From: Selaginella moellendorffii
Taxonomy: Eukaryota > Plantae > Lycopodiophyta
Length of the DNA stretch: 64,000 bases
Direction of reading: 5' to 3'
Assembly (NCBI RefSeq): GCF_000143415.4
Contig: NW_003314285.1
Coordinates: 1,081,370 to 1,145,369 of the forward strand
The translations under genes were made by a program, and so were the position numbers. Position 1 is the first letter of the stretch, and each line of letters begins with the position of its first letter. Positions 12,341-25,460 of the stretch are shown here, one piece after another. The notes under the pieces were generated by a model. The model made no database searches and was not told where the DNA came from. It worked only from the letters and a program-made list of their open reading frames with translations.

Positions 12341-14131
12341 CAAATATCTTTCGATACCCAAAGTCACATTTGCGACAATTCCAATCTAAAGAATATACCA
12401 TAATCCTTAAGTTATTTTTTAATTAGTACAAAAGTGGAAATTTATCCCAATTTGGCTTGAGAGCTAAATTGCTTTAAAGGTGCCCTGGTTATTCCAACAA
12501 TGTGTCTTATAAAGGTTTTTTTACCAAATAACAAATCTATGCTAAACACTTTATCTAGAAAATAGTTACAAATTAGCCCCAATAACCACATTTATACTTT
12601 TAGTATCTAATTGCTCTAACCCAAGGATCTAAGGCTTCAAAAGTGATTATGTGTTCTTTACACTCTAAATTTGAGCTTTAAAAATCATGATTTTATAGAA
12701 AAATAGTAGCCCTTTTTGTATCCTTCATCTTTCCTTAATTGGCTCTCAAGAATGCTTAAGCTACTTTCTTTTATTAACAATCAAAGTTGTTCTTTAACTT
12801 CTCTGATTTTGGTGCTACATACTCCTTTACAAAAAAATAATACTAACTAATGCTAAATAAATCATACTTAAAAAATTATGGATACCACATTTGTAAAAAT
12901 ATTTTACCACTAGATTTTCAACATTTACTCACTTAGTTGGGTTTCAAATATCACTCAATGTAACATATGTGATCATAAGATAAGAGTTGGATATATTGTC
13001 ATTGTGTGTTACATAGTATCAAAGCAATAATACATGTTTAATTCCTATTAATTAGTGGCTACTTAAGGTATATAAAATAAAGTATATTTCTACCCATAAA
13101 AATTAGGTATCCATGAGTATCTGTAAGGCATCCATAAACAAAAGGATTCACCATGGGACTATAGTAGAAGTAGATAATTAGTTGACTCACATTAAATAGC
13201 TAGTTTTTACAATAAAAAAATTGGTAAATTTAGTGTGGAAATAGAGGTATTGGTTGCCTTTGGCTCTATAAGGATAGATAGTTAGCAAACATTGAAGGGA
13301 AGTAAATATAGTGTATATGATCATGGGATACAATTTAAATATATTATTATTATAAATTTTCAAAACCTAGTTATATATAACAAATAATTGCCCTTTTAAA
13401 TTGGTTTAAAAGAAAAAAGATAAATTATATTACACTCAAAATTATTTTCTCTTTGGAATTTTGTACTACTATTTTGTCATTAAAAGACTTATTAAGTTTA
13501 TTTCTTCTAAAATCATACTCTTCTTTAATTCTTAGAGCTCTTTCCTTTGCTAAGTGGGATTTTAAAGCAAAAAAACACATCCAACTAGGAATATCTAGGA
13601 GATGACCCTTAACTCTAGTTTAATGTCCTACCCACTAATTCATGTAAAATGTATAAACTTACCTCTTTTGCCAGTGATTAACTCCTTGCTCTAGTGTTAT
13701 AAATTTCTAATTTTTTCTTGTTCCTATTCATATAAACTTGTGGTAAAATTTGACCAATCATGGTAATACTAATGATATGTGATGATGATGTCATGTGACA
13801 TCTTATACTTTCTTGGCATATTTATTAGATAATTGTTATTAGGTACTTAAAAGACTAGAGGCTCTTTAGTCCTATCTTGAACCCATAATCTAGAAAGAAG
13901 ATAGTGAGTAATATTTCCATATTCTTTCTCTTTTTTTAATTAGTTCTTAATGGAAATGAAGCTTTTGCATTTGAGTGTGTTGTAAATAGCCCCAAAATTC
14001 AGTTCCCACCATGTTCCAAAAGTAAACCTGATTAATATCAATGCCCAAGTAATGAAGAAACTACTTGATCATAGTCACTTGAACAATTAAAAAGAAATTT
14101 GTAGAAAACTTGGTAGGAGATACATTTTATG

Positions 14132-14440
14132 ATTTGCTTAATCAAACCTGTAGGGTGGCAGTGGATATATCTAGAATATACTTAGATATTCTAAAAATTT
14201 TACCATCTAATAGTTGTTATTCATTTAGATTAATCTTGCATTTGAAATTTATAAACATGTTTATAATTTATAAAATTTCGTAAACCCAATCTAGTATATT
14301 CGTTTTTATTTTACTATCTAATAGTTGATATGATTTTATGTTATAAATTATAAACATGTTTATAATTATAAACTTCCATTTGATCAGTTGGATTAATAAA
14401 TAATAATAACACTACTATAAGCAAACCAAGTGTTGTTGCA
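14132..14440. repeat. AT-rich dispersed repeat (MITE-like); second copy at 50050-50320
   Basis: Shared TTTGCTTAA-CAAACCTGTAG start and TAAGCAAACCAAGTGTTG end; TTTGCTTA/TAAGCAAA form short inverted ends. Confidence 0.55.
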
Positions 14441-15489
14441 AGAAAATTATTAGTAACTACCACTTGCCCAGCATATGCTGTGTATGTAGCAAAATACTGT
14501 TTTGATTTTTTTAATATATTAATAACTAAATTGGAATTGTATTAAAAAAATATTGTATTCCACTTTAGTTGAGGGAATTATGCCTAGAAAATGTTATATT
14601 GAATACCACAATTAATTCTAGTAAACTTGATAATATATGTATTTAGAAAAAATATACTCCTAGGCATAAATAAGAATAAATATTCATTAATAGAAATATA
14701 TACAAATTTTTATTTAGAAATATGAATATATTAAAAAATACCTGACAAAGAAAAAATTAAAAATGAATTATTATTAAAAATATGTTATATTTAAATTATA
14801 TTTTACTTGGGATAAACTTATCATGATTTTATGAAATAAAAGAGAATAATTACTGCAAGACATTAATTAGTTATACGTTTTACTTAGAATATAAAACAAT
14901 AAGTTTTTAGGAACATTAGTATATTACTACCCAGATTTAATCAAGAAAATTATTTGTAAATATATATGTTATAGAAGCTATAAATTCAAATCTTATATTC
15001 CATAGTATTATGTACTAATAAACTATTTTTGCAGTTAGTAAAATAATTTTTAAAATATTATTGCTTAATCAAATATTGCATACATTATCATATTTTTTTT
15101 GATAATGAGTTAGATTGTAAATAGCTAAGGCTACATATAAAAATATAATATGTACTCTTATTTTTAAAGTTGTTTAATGTTTTTGTATTAACACTTGAAG
15201 CTTTAATTATGGTTTTTACACATTTATAAAACTAAATCAACCCACATTTGATATACCACCTAGTGTTGAGTTTTAAATATTTTAATGATATTTAAATAGG
15301 CCATCTGTACAGAATATAATCTTCTTATTATATTTTAAATAATGTAAAAATTAAATTATAAAAGTTAATTTTGACCTAAACTATTCAAAGATTATAATAC
15401 TTTAAATAAAAGAATATGTTTATGTAAATTTGATTATTTTATTCATAAAGCATTATAAATAAATTTATTCACATAAAAAATATTCACTC

Positions 15490-16450
15490 TCTTAGGTAAC
15501 CCATTAAAAAAAATTAAAATCTCTGCCAATTTTGAATTTTGATCTGATGATGCCATCAAAAGACATCCATAATCTATCAGCTCAACGAAATGGGTTTTGG
15601 GATTGCAGATCACTTTGTTCCATTCACTGGAGAGTGAAGCACAAAAGACTACATTGCAGACATTCACAAGGCCAGCTAGCAAAGCAATAGCACCACTCTT
15701 CGTTGAAATTACATTGCCACTGTCTATTACAATCGTAACTCTTACTCAGATTCTCGTAGGGCCTTTGAGCATTAAGGAAAATCATGTCGCGGCCTTCCTG
15801 AGAAAGGTATCTCACAACAGCATGCTGGACTTTCCAGTGCTGGCTGGTCCAATGATATACTGAAATCCATACATATGGGTTGTCTTGCCTCTCATCACAA
15901 CTCAGAAATTACACCCTTTTCTGGTGCTACTTCTGGGCATCCACAGATAAAATCGATTAGCCTTCCTCACCCATACGATAGCAAGGGATCGAGTATGGGC
16001 CAATCTTAAGGATCCTAGTGAAGATCCCGGAATTCGTCCCTCGACGGTGGGCACCAATTTTCCTCCATGGCTAACGTTAAAAATGAAGAACCCTAGCTAG
16101 GAGGTAAGAGGATTTTGGGCTAGTGTATGCGAGAAATCCAGAAAAAAAATCACTTTTTACTTTTCATGCTAGAACTCTTCTCTTAGGCGAGGATTGTGGC
16201 GTCCTGTTCCAAGAAGAGAGTCATGTGGCTTGTGAGATTGAAGCATTTGGTGAGCCGATCGTCGTGCCTTCCAGCTCGCCAAAGTTGCCAATGTGATCGA
16301 TCACCTTTTGGAACACCTTGGTGTTAAATGTGATCCCATCAATCAGTCCCCAAAAATTGGCAATGGAGAAAATGTGCGGCCGCGCCATCGGTAGCCTTGG
16401 GACTAGCCTGCTCTCCACACTATTGCATCCCTGGGTAACCGCAAGCAATC
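15490..16450 (-). pseudogene. Degenerate P-loop NTPase-like coding remnant
   Basis: Minus-strand YIIGPASTGKSSML (Walker A) near 15817-15860 in a higher-GC island with frameshifted, protein-like ORF fragments. Confidence 0.4.
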
Positions 16451-17314
16451 ACCTAGCAAGAATAACAATGGCGATGCATTCTTCATAGTGCTTTCTTCAC
16501 TCAACGGTCAACACATTTACATATGACATGTGTCACAGCACCTTCTTCCCTCACCCCAAGCACCTTGGCTGCCTCCCATTGGCCAAGAGCAAACATCAGC
16601 ATGATTATTCGTTAAGATGTGGTTAAAATAATAACCCTTTTACAGTTACTTCCATCGGACGGCTGCCATTGGCTGAATCCAGCGGCCAAGAAAGTTCAGC
16701 ACTCCCTCATTATGATAGATTGAGGGAACCCCTCCAAATAGTAATATTCTTAGAATATTCTTAAACACTCCCACTTATAACAGCTGTCTAAATTGCATAA
16801 AATATAAAGAATTTTGTAACTCACTCACTTAAACAGATTTTAACGATTATAAATTAGTGAAAATTTAAGTTACAACCATCCTGGATTAGAAAATTCCACA
16901 TCTAACCTAAATAAAGTTATAATACTAATAATAATTAAAGGCCCAATGTTTCAACATCTCAAGCCTTTTTATCAATCCATCTTTATCTTAGGCAAGTTGG
17001 ACAAGATTGAGGCATTGGCAGAGTCGAATTGGTAAATTTTGTAAGATTAGTAAGGGAAACATACTTAAAGCTGGAATCAAACAATGACAGCCCAAGTTTA
17101 GATTAATATCAGCATGAACCGAATTCACCCACCTGCAAATCCAGAGCTCTTTCAGAAAAAAAGAAATTTGGGAAAGAAGAGCCAGCAAACGAACTATGTC
17201 TTGAACCAGTGGAGCAACTGAATGAGAAAAAAATGCTTCTCTTCTTCTTTGGTTGGCTGGATCTTCCCTTCCTTGAGAAGAACAAAGAAAATCAAGGAAG
17301 AGGAAGAAACAAGC

Positions 17315-17460
17315 GGCCTCGAGCTCGCCCATCCCGACGTCCTGGGAGTTCACGAGCTCCACATATGGTCCGTGACCATGGGCAAAGTTTTGCTGTCGTG
17401 CCATGTCGCTGTGAAGCACGACGCCGATGCCGACTTGGTTCTCCAGAGACTGGTCGCGGG
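17315..17460 (+). pseudogene. Isolated fragment of a cation-efflux (MTP1/CDF) transporter C-terminus
   Basis: DVLGVHELHIWSVTMGKVLLSCHV matches the CDF HELHIW motif; no transmembrane exons nearby. Confidence 0.75.
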
Positions 17461-17762
17461 AGCTCAAGATAAGTCATGTCGAGAGAATGGATGTGGATCA
17501 TGTGTAGAAAAATCTCCTTTTTTTCGCTTTTTCTTGAGCGATATGACACTGAGGTGAGGAGTAAGACCTAAATTTATATGATGTTAATTTGGATTGTGCT
17601 GGTTAAGGTGGTTATAATAAGCGTTGATTGGGTTATCAGAAACCATTTTTACCGAACATGGCCATGCCATACATGGCTATTCCATACAAGGAAATCTATT
17701 CCATATTATAAAACCGGAGAATACCACAATCGTACAAGTAAGATAGAAGTTCTAGTTGAGAG

Positions 17763-19078
17763 ATGGAAGCATTCAGGGTTCTTGTCGTTGTTTTGGTTGC
17801 ATGCATCTCGATATCCCAAGCTGCTAGCACGAATCCTCCAGTACAAGGCCTGTTTGTTTTTGGGGACTCAGCGTTAGATGGAGGACAGAACACGTACATC
17901 CCGGGCTCCCGGATTGTTAGCGCAATTCTGCCATATGGAAAGACGTACTTCAGCAAGCCCACAGGGCGTTGGACGGATGGTAGAACGATTGCTGATTTCC
18001 TGGCTCAAGCACTAGGCCTTCCATTGTTGCCACCTTTTCTCGAGCCTGGCGCCAACTTTTCCAGTGGTGTGAACTTTGCATCTGCCGGTGCAGGTTTGTT
18101 AGATGAAACGAATGCCCATCAAGTACGTATACTCCCGTATTCCCCTCAGAAATAGTTGATTTTGATTCATTCTTTTTGGGTTTTATCAGGGAGTTATTTC
18201 AATGAAGCAGCAGCTGCGGCAGTTTCGCAACGTCACAAATGAGTACAAAAAAGAGAAGGGTGTGGAGTTTACGAACCAGATCTTGCGCAATTCAGTGGCA
18301 TTGTTTAGCATGGGAGCTAATGATATTGCTAATGCTGTTCCCAGCTCATTCTTGTTCCAGGAGATGATACAAGAATTTTCAAGTGCTATTCAGGTACTCA
18401 AGTATTACATTCACTAACTTCAAAACCTTTGGATTTCTCTTTTGATTTATAGGAAATTTACAATTATGGCATTAAGCATATCATAATTCTGCTAGCACCA
18501 CCAATTGGGTGTACTCCTAACTTGAGAGCAGTATCAGCACAAAGCAGGAATACCAATTTAACTCCAGAGGGCTGCATAGGAATTATTAACAATCTTGTGG
18601 ATTCATATAACACTAAACTCTTGAATCTTGCTGTGAAGTTACACAATGACTATCGTGACTTGAACATTGCAACATTAAATCCATCTCCAATTATAATGAA
18701 CGTGCTAAGGAATCCTGAAAAATACGGTAAGAAACACTAATTATCTCTCCATTCTATTCATTAATATTTGTGTGTGTTCATCTAGGTTTCAAAGAAGCAG
18801 AAAAGGCATGTTGTGGTGGGGGGCCATTTAATGCAGCAGAATTTTGTGGGGACGCTGATAAACATGATTGGAAGCCAGATCACAAAAATAAATACACTAA
18901 GTTCATATGCAACAATCCTAAGGATTACTTATACTTTGATAGCAACCATTTCACTGAAGCTGGTTATTGGTTTGTGATGAAGAATTTTTGGCATGGATCT
19001 TACAATATTGCAAGACCTAGCAACCTCAACTTCTTTTTTCAGGGGTTTAACATTCCAAACCCACCCTCAACACCTTAA
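17763..19078 (+). CDS. GDSL esterase/lipase, secreted, 4 exons
   Basis: Signal peptide; FVFGDS, TGRWTDGR, GVNFASAGAG and FDSNHFTE motifs. Exons 17763-18122, 18190-18393, 18453-18726, 18786-19078 with in-phase GT-AG introns. Confidence 0.95.
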
Positions 19079-19231
19079 AAGTTTGTAATTTTTTTCTTAT
19101 AAAACATTTCTTCTAGATGAAGTTTACCACATGTATCAATGTTAATGTTTTCTAGATTAGGCCTTAACATTAACAACCTCATGTTGAAAGGATTTTTAAA
19201 TCAATCTTTTAGATTAAGAAAAAGAACAAAG

Positions 19232-19290
19232 CTGAGGCACTGGATTAAGGTTTTACTCCGAAGGGGGTTCGAATCCCACTCTCAACACTA
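19232..19290 (+). pseudogene. 5'-truncated tRNA-Leu(AAG)-like remnant
   Basis: GGCACTGGATTAAGG...CCGAAGGGGGTTCGAATCCCACTCTCAACA resembles the anticodon arm, variable arm, T arm and acceptor 3' strand of plant tRNA-Leu(AAG). Confidence 0.6.
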
Positions 19291-19995
19291 GTTCGTGATG
19301 GTAAATAGTTTTGATCGTAAAAGTTTAATGGTAGGTAAAACAAATGCTGTTGTTAATTGTGAATGTAAAAGTCTATGGAGGAAAGGTGGAGCCTCGACGT
19401 TTTTACAGTCTCTCTTACGGCTGCAAATTGGAGCCTGCGTCAATGAGAGAGTTTGAGGGTAAACACGCATGGCTCCATTTGTTTTCTTGCAATCTGCAGT
19501 GAGTGGAGCGTCGCAGGAGTCCCTCCTCAAGATTGAGAGCAATGGTTTTTGTGTCTTGGAGCTGGACAAGCAACATGGATAAGCTATGGAGCACGGACAG
19601 GGGGCAATTAGGATGCTGAAGAACCTCTCAGCAGCAGGTGATGATAGGGCAGATGATCATCCAAGCGGCAAAACACAGGCTGCTCCATCAGAGGAGCAGA
19701 CCCCTTCACGACAAAGGCATATTCCACCCTATTCATTTGTGCTGGGATAGGAGTAACTAGAGGAGCAAGAAGATGGCATATGTCACGTATTGGAGTGCTT
19801 CCATTCTCATATCAAGCCCCTGACGCACAGAAGACTAAGGTCATGGAATATAGGTCAAAGTGTCCAGCATATCATTTACCCTTATTAACAGATAATTAGA
19901 TCTTTTTCTTACGCGGAATCGAACCTGGACCAAGTCCCTCCTAGGGTGGAGGGAGCTGTGGGAGCTGCCACAGGGGCAAGAGCAGGGGCGCCGCG

Positions 19996-22900
19996 ATGGC
20001 GAATTCTCGCAGCGCTGCCCGGCGGCGGCGGGAGAGCGGCGCATTGGCGTGTATGATCTCCGCCGAGGTAGGCGCAGTGCTGGCCACAATGCGGCGCAAC
20101 AGCCGCTGGGCCGGGAGGTATGAAGAGCAGCTGGATCACTCCCTGATCTATTCCCTCAAGCTCCTGAGGCGGTCTATCTTCAGCTGGACGAAAAAGCCCT
20201 GGAATTCCATCAATCCCTGCCTCTACCTCGCGCCTTTCCTGGATGTGGTGAGATCGGACGAGACAGGCGCCCCAATCACTGGCACGGCTCTCAGCGCGGT
20301 CTACAAGATCCTCACCTCGGATGTGTTTGATCTCCGGACCAGCCATGTCGACGAGGCGATGCATGCGATCGTCGAGTCCGTGACGAGCTGCCGGTTTGAG
20401 GTCACGGATCCGGCGTCCGAGGAGGCTGTGCTCATGAAGATCTTGCAAGTTCTTCTGGCTTGCATTGGCGGTGATATGGGGGCAGTGCTCGGGCACAGGG
20501 ATGTTTGCAACGTTGTCAACACGACCTTTCGGGTGGTTCATCAGGCCGGGAACAAGAGTGAGCTCCTCCAGCGCGTGGCCAGGCACACCATGCACGAGCT
20601 CGTGAGAGCCATCTTTGGGCATCTCTCCAGCATGGATCCTCTCGCCGGGAACAATGGTTTGCTTGTTCCGTGGAGCAACGTCGAGAACAATGTCGGTGTT
20701 GTAAGTTCCTCGTTCTCCTTTTTTTTTTCTTTGCTTGGTTTCTTTCGTTTGTTTTCTTCCTCTTGTCCGCTGTGAATTCTTCTTTCTCTTTTTGCTGGAT
20801 TTCTAAGAGGGTCCTTTTCTTCTTTGCTCATTTCCAATTGCCTTTCAGGCGAGGTCTCTCTTTTTTACGTTCCTTGCGTGACTAAACATTCTGTTTCTTC
20901 CTTTTGGACAGGAAGCTGATATTGACGCGCCCGACTTAAGCATTGTCGGTGTAGACTACCTTGGAAACGGGAATGCCGAGCTAGCTACAGGCCTGCTGGT
21001 GAAAGTTAGCGAGGAAGGGAAGCTGAGAAACGGAGAAGAGGAGCAGAGGACAATAGAGCCATACGGAGTTCCTTGTATGGTGGAGATATTTCACTTCCTG
21101 TGTTCTCTCTTGAACATGGTCGGCCCGTATGGTCTCGGCGAAAGTCTTGGTGGCACCGACGAGGATGTTCCACAGTTTGCTCTCGCGCTTATCAACTCGG
21201 CCATCGAGTTTGGTGGTCCGTCGTTTGGACAGCACCAGAGGCTAATAAGTTTGGTTCGAGACGAGCTCTTCCGGAACCTCATGCAAATGGGACTGTCCAG
21301 CAATCCCATCATCCTCTCGATGGTCTGCAGCATTGTGCTCAACCTCTACCACCACCTTCGCAGCTACATCAAGCTCCAGCTCGAGGCGTTTTTCAGCTTT
21401 ATCATCATGCGGCTGGCACAGGGAAAGTTTGGGGCATCGTACCAGCAGCAGGAGGTGGCTATGGAGACACTGGTTGATTTCTGCCGCCAGCCAAACTTCA
21501 TGCCCGAGATGTATGCGAACTTCGACTGCGACATTACGTGCAGCAATACTTTCGAAGAGCTCGCAAACTTGCTCTCCAAGAGTGCTTTTCCCGTCAACTG
21601 TCCGCTGTCGGCAATGCACGTTTTGGCCTTGGAGGGACTTTTGGCCATCATACACAGCATGGCGGACAGGGTAGACTCGGTTCCAGGTTCTCCACTGGAG
21701 CCCCCGACGTTCCTCGAGATACAGGCGTACGTTCCATTCTGGAACATGCGTTGTGACGATTACAAAGAACCAAGCTCCTGGGTGGAATTCGTTCGGAAGC
21801 AGAAGTATATCAAGAGAAGGCTGATGATAGGAGCTGATCACTTCAACAGGGATCCGAAGAAGGGGCTGGAGTTTCTGCAAGGAATCCACTTGCTTCCCGA
21901 GAAACTGGACCCCCAGAGCGTAGCAAGCTTTTTCAGGTACACGACTGGGCTCGACAAAAACCTGCTGGGGGATTTCTTGGGTGACAGAGACGACTTTTGT
22001 CTTCAAGTTCTAGCGGAATTCACTCGGACGTTCGACTTTAGCAGCACCAGTCTAGATGCGGCACTTCGGACTTTCTTGGAGAGCTTCCGGCTACCTGGGG
22101 AAGCGCAGAAAATCGAGAGGGTCATGGATGCATTCTCTCAGAGGTACTGCGAGCAGTGCGTCAATGTTTTTGCGAACAAGGACGCTGCTTTCGTACTCGC
22201 ATACTCGGTGATAATGCTCAACACAGACCAGCACAAGCCTCAAGTAAAGAAGAAGATGAGCGAAGACGACTTTATCAGAAACCTCCGTGCTGCAAACGGT
22301 GGAGTGGATTTTCCTCGGGAGATGCTGAGCGAACTCTATCAGTCAGTGGCGAAGAACGAGATCCGAATTTCATATGATCTCGGGGCGGGCATTCCCGAAA
22401 TGACACACAGCAGATGGCTCGACTTGATACGAAGGTCTAGGAAGACAAGTCCTTACATCGTCTGCGACTCCCGGCCTTTCCTAGATCACGACATGTTTGC
22501 GATCATGTCGGGTCCGACGATAGCCGCAATCTCAGTCGTCTTCGATCACGCGGAGGACGAGGAAGTTTTGCGAGGATGCCTGGATGGATTCCTCGCGGTC
22601 GCAAAGATATCCGCCAGCCACCACCTTGAGGACATCCTCGACGATCTCGTGGTTTCGCTGTGCAAGTTTACCACGCTCTTGAACCCGACTGCCTCGATGG
22701 AAGAACCAGTCCTGGCTTTCGGGGAGGATAGCAAGGCAAGGATGGCTGCAGTGACAGTGTTTACTATTGCCAACAAGTACGGCGACTTCATCCGTAATGG
22801 CTGGCGAAACATACTCGACTGCATACTCCGACTTCACAAGCTCGGGTTGCTTCCTTCTCGTGTCACGAGCGATGCAGCGGATGATACAGACGCAGCGAGT

Positions 22901-24517
22901 GAGTCTCAGGGGAAGATGATAGCCGGCGGACTTTCAGTGCCGCCTCTAGTCTCGGCTGGAGTTCGACGACGTTCTTCCGGACTGATGAGTAGATTCAGCC
23001 AGCTCCTGTCTCTGGAGGCCGACGAACCGAGGTCTCAACCGTCGGAGCAGCAGGTTGCAGCTCACCAGAGAATTCTCCAGACGATCGAGGCATGCCACAT
23101 TGACAACATCTTCTCCGAGAGCAAGTTCCTGCAAGCCGAGTCGCTCTTGCACCTCGCGAAGGCGCTCATCTGGGCAGCAGGAAGGCCACAGAAAGGTACT
23201 AGCTCTCCCGAGGACGAGGACACCGCCGTATTCTGCCTCGAGCTTCTCATCGCGATCACCTTGAACAACCGGGACCGTATACTCCTCCTCTGGCAAGGTG
23301 TTTACGAACACATGGCTGGGATCGTCCAGACGACAGTCGTTCCATGCCTTCTCGTGGAAAAGGCGGTGTTTGGCCTGCTGAGGATCTGCCAAAGGCTGCT
23401 GCCTTACAAGGAGAACCTGGCGGAAGAACTCCTGCGGTCACTGCAGCTGATACTGAAGCTGGACGCGAGAGTAGCCGACGCTTTCTGCGAGCGCATCACG
23501 CAAGAGGTCATGCAGCTCGTGAGAGCAAACGCTGGACACATCAAGTCTCCCATGGGGTGGCGGACGATATCGTCGCTCCTGTCGATCACAGCTCGCCACC
23601 CAGATGCTTCGGAGTCCGGTTTCGAGGCACTGTACTTCATCATGCACGACGGTGCGCACTTAACTCCGGCAAACTACGTTCTTTGCCTGGATGCTGCTCG
23701 AGCTTTCGCCGAGACTCGCGTCGGCGGCGTCGAGAGATCCCTGAAGGCTTTGGACCTGCTGTCTGAATCAGTGAACTCGCTCATCAAGTGGTCTCAAGTG
23801 GCGACTGGGGAATCGGACGAGAACAAGGAAGACAGCGTGAGAGCCTCGCAGGAACTGGCGGAGATGTGGATCCGGCTGGCTCAGGGGCTGCGAAGAGTTT
23901 GCGGGGAGCAGCGGGAGGAAGTGAGGAACTGTGCCATCCTTTCGCTGCAGAGATGCCTGACAGCGGCGGAGAGCTTGCACTTGCCAGCCATGGTTTGGAT
24001 CCAGTGCTTCGACCAGGTGATCTTCGTGATGCTGGACGACCTCCTGGACATCGCTCTTAGGAACTCTCCGAAGGAGTACAGGGGGATGGAAGGCACGCTC
24101 CACCACGCCATGAAGTTTTTGTCCAAGATCTTTCTCCAGTTTCTGGATCAGCTCGCGCTGCTACCAAACTTCCGGGCCTTGTGGCTGGCGGTGCTGAGCC
24201 GGATGGAGATGTACATGAAGGCCCGGCTGCGAGGCAAAGGCAGCGACAAGCTCCAGGAGCTCGTCCCGGAGCTGCTGAGGAACATGCTGCTGATAATGCA
24301 CGCTCGCGGGGTGCTGGTCCAAGGCAGTACTTTGGGAGGAGACAGCTTGTGGGAGCTCACTTGGCATCACGTCCAGACGATATCTCCGGCGCTCCAGCCA
24401 GATATCTTCCCGGATGAGAAAGCTTCTTCGACACCATCACCAGCAGCAGTGACACCAGTGGTCTCGCAGGCAGTGGATGATCCAGCAGAGCAGCAACCAG
24501 CGGAGCAAGTCGAGTAA
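19996..24517 (+). CDS. GN: GNOM/GNL-type large ARF guanine-nucleotide exchange factor (Sec7), about 1436 aa, 2 exons
   Basis: N-terminal ACMISAEVGAVLATMRRN, HUS box YANFDCD, Sec7 FRLPGEAQKI and YSVIMLNTDQH. Exons 19996-20700 and 20912-24517, phase-0 GT-AG intron. Confidence 0.95.
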
Positions 24518-24936
24518 ACAAAGAGGTACACTCGATGTTTTTTTTTCTACCTTGAGGGAGATAGATCTTCTTTTGGCTTTGTTGGTGAGTTTGCAGTGAA
24601 GCGGGGAGTTTGTAGAGAAACGATGCGAAGTGTTGTACGGAATTCGCTTGCGCGGCAAACTGGTTAGTGGTATTTGCTCTTTGTTTTAGAGTCCTGGACT
24701 GATCCATAAATCTTCCAGCTACGCACATCCAAACCTCATATAGAAAATCCAGCCTCGGCTTTAAACTTTTTCGTGTTTGACTCTTTGTATAGTATCAAAC
24801 AAGGCAAACAAAATATTGGCTAATCGCAATATTGCCATTAAAAATAAAATCTAAGAATACAACAAGGCTAAAAATTGTAATTTTGGATTTGCTCCATAGC
24901 TTAAAAAGACTCAATTAGTTGAAAATCTTAGGTGAG

Positions 24937-25282
24937 ATGGCTTTTAAAATGTTTGCCATGTTTATGCTTGTGCTTCAAGTACTTCTACTCTTCAGTGCGT
25001 TGCAAGTGAGCTGCAGCCGGGTATTGCCGAATGAAGATACAGCAGGTAATAATTTAATTATCACAACTTATGGTTTTTAATGCTCCACCACCTTTTATTC
25101 CAGGTGCTCCATTCCATCTGCCTCCTTTCGTTCCAAGACCTCCATTCCAGCTGCCGCCTTTCAATCCAAGACCTTTGCCACCTTTCAATCCAAGACCACC
25201 ATTCCACTTGCCACCTTTCAATCCAAGGCCACTCCCACCTTTCTTCCGTCCGCCACCCTTCTCTCCACCTCAAAAGGATTAA
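24937..25282 (+). CDS. Small secreted Pro/Phe/Arg-rich repeat peptide (about 95 aa), 2 exons
   Basis: Exon 1 (24937-25045) encodes MAFKMFAMFMLVLQVLLLFSALQVSCSRVLPNEDTA. A 58-bp GT-AG intron joins it in phase to exon 2 (25104-25282), which encodes LPPF(N/V)PRP repeats. Confidence 0.75.
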
Positions 25283-25460
25283 AAGGATTAAATTTATCAT
25301 CGAGTTCTATGTTGGGAGCTTGCTACAAGCTCTTTTAATTTGATCAAAGCTTTTTGCCTCAGGTAATTACTTAGAAAAAGTCTCGAGTTCGATTCTGGTG
25401 TAGCCAACTATATTTTAAAACTAATATGTTGGAAATACACACGTCTAGCTAGGGTTAAGA

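Larger units (their letters stand above)
1..12377 (-). mobile_element. Degenerate Ty3/gypsy LTR retrotransposon (family A), 3' end outside the window, carrying nested insertions
   Basis: Minus-strand remnants: RNase H (ALEHWKYYLG, 238-447), RT (YINDVLVFS, 883-1071), protease-like DTRATH near 1395-1410, gag (WVYDMKNYF near 3450). Met-type PBS reads GCTCTAATACCA on + at 4030-4041. The 5' LTR spans 4044-12377 (TGTAGC...GCGACA on +), is homologous to the solo LTRs and is split by two insertions. Confidence 0.85.

Noticed and set aside
19909-24728. Many antisense and alternate-frame ORFs over GNOM (also over NCL and the P450s)
   Set aside because: Shadow ORFs of GC-rich coding sequence.
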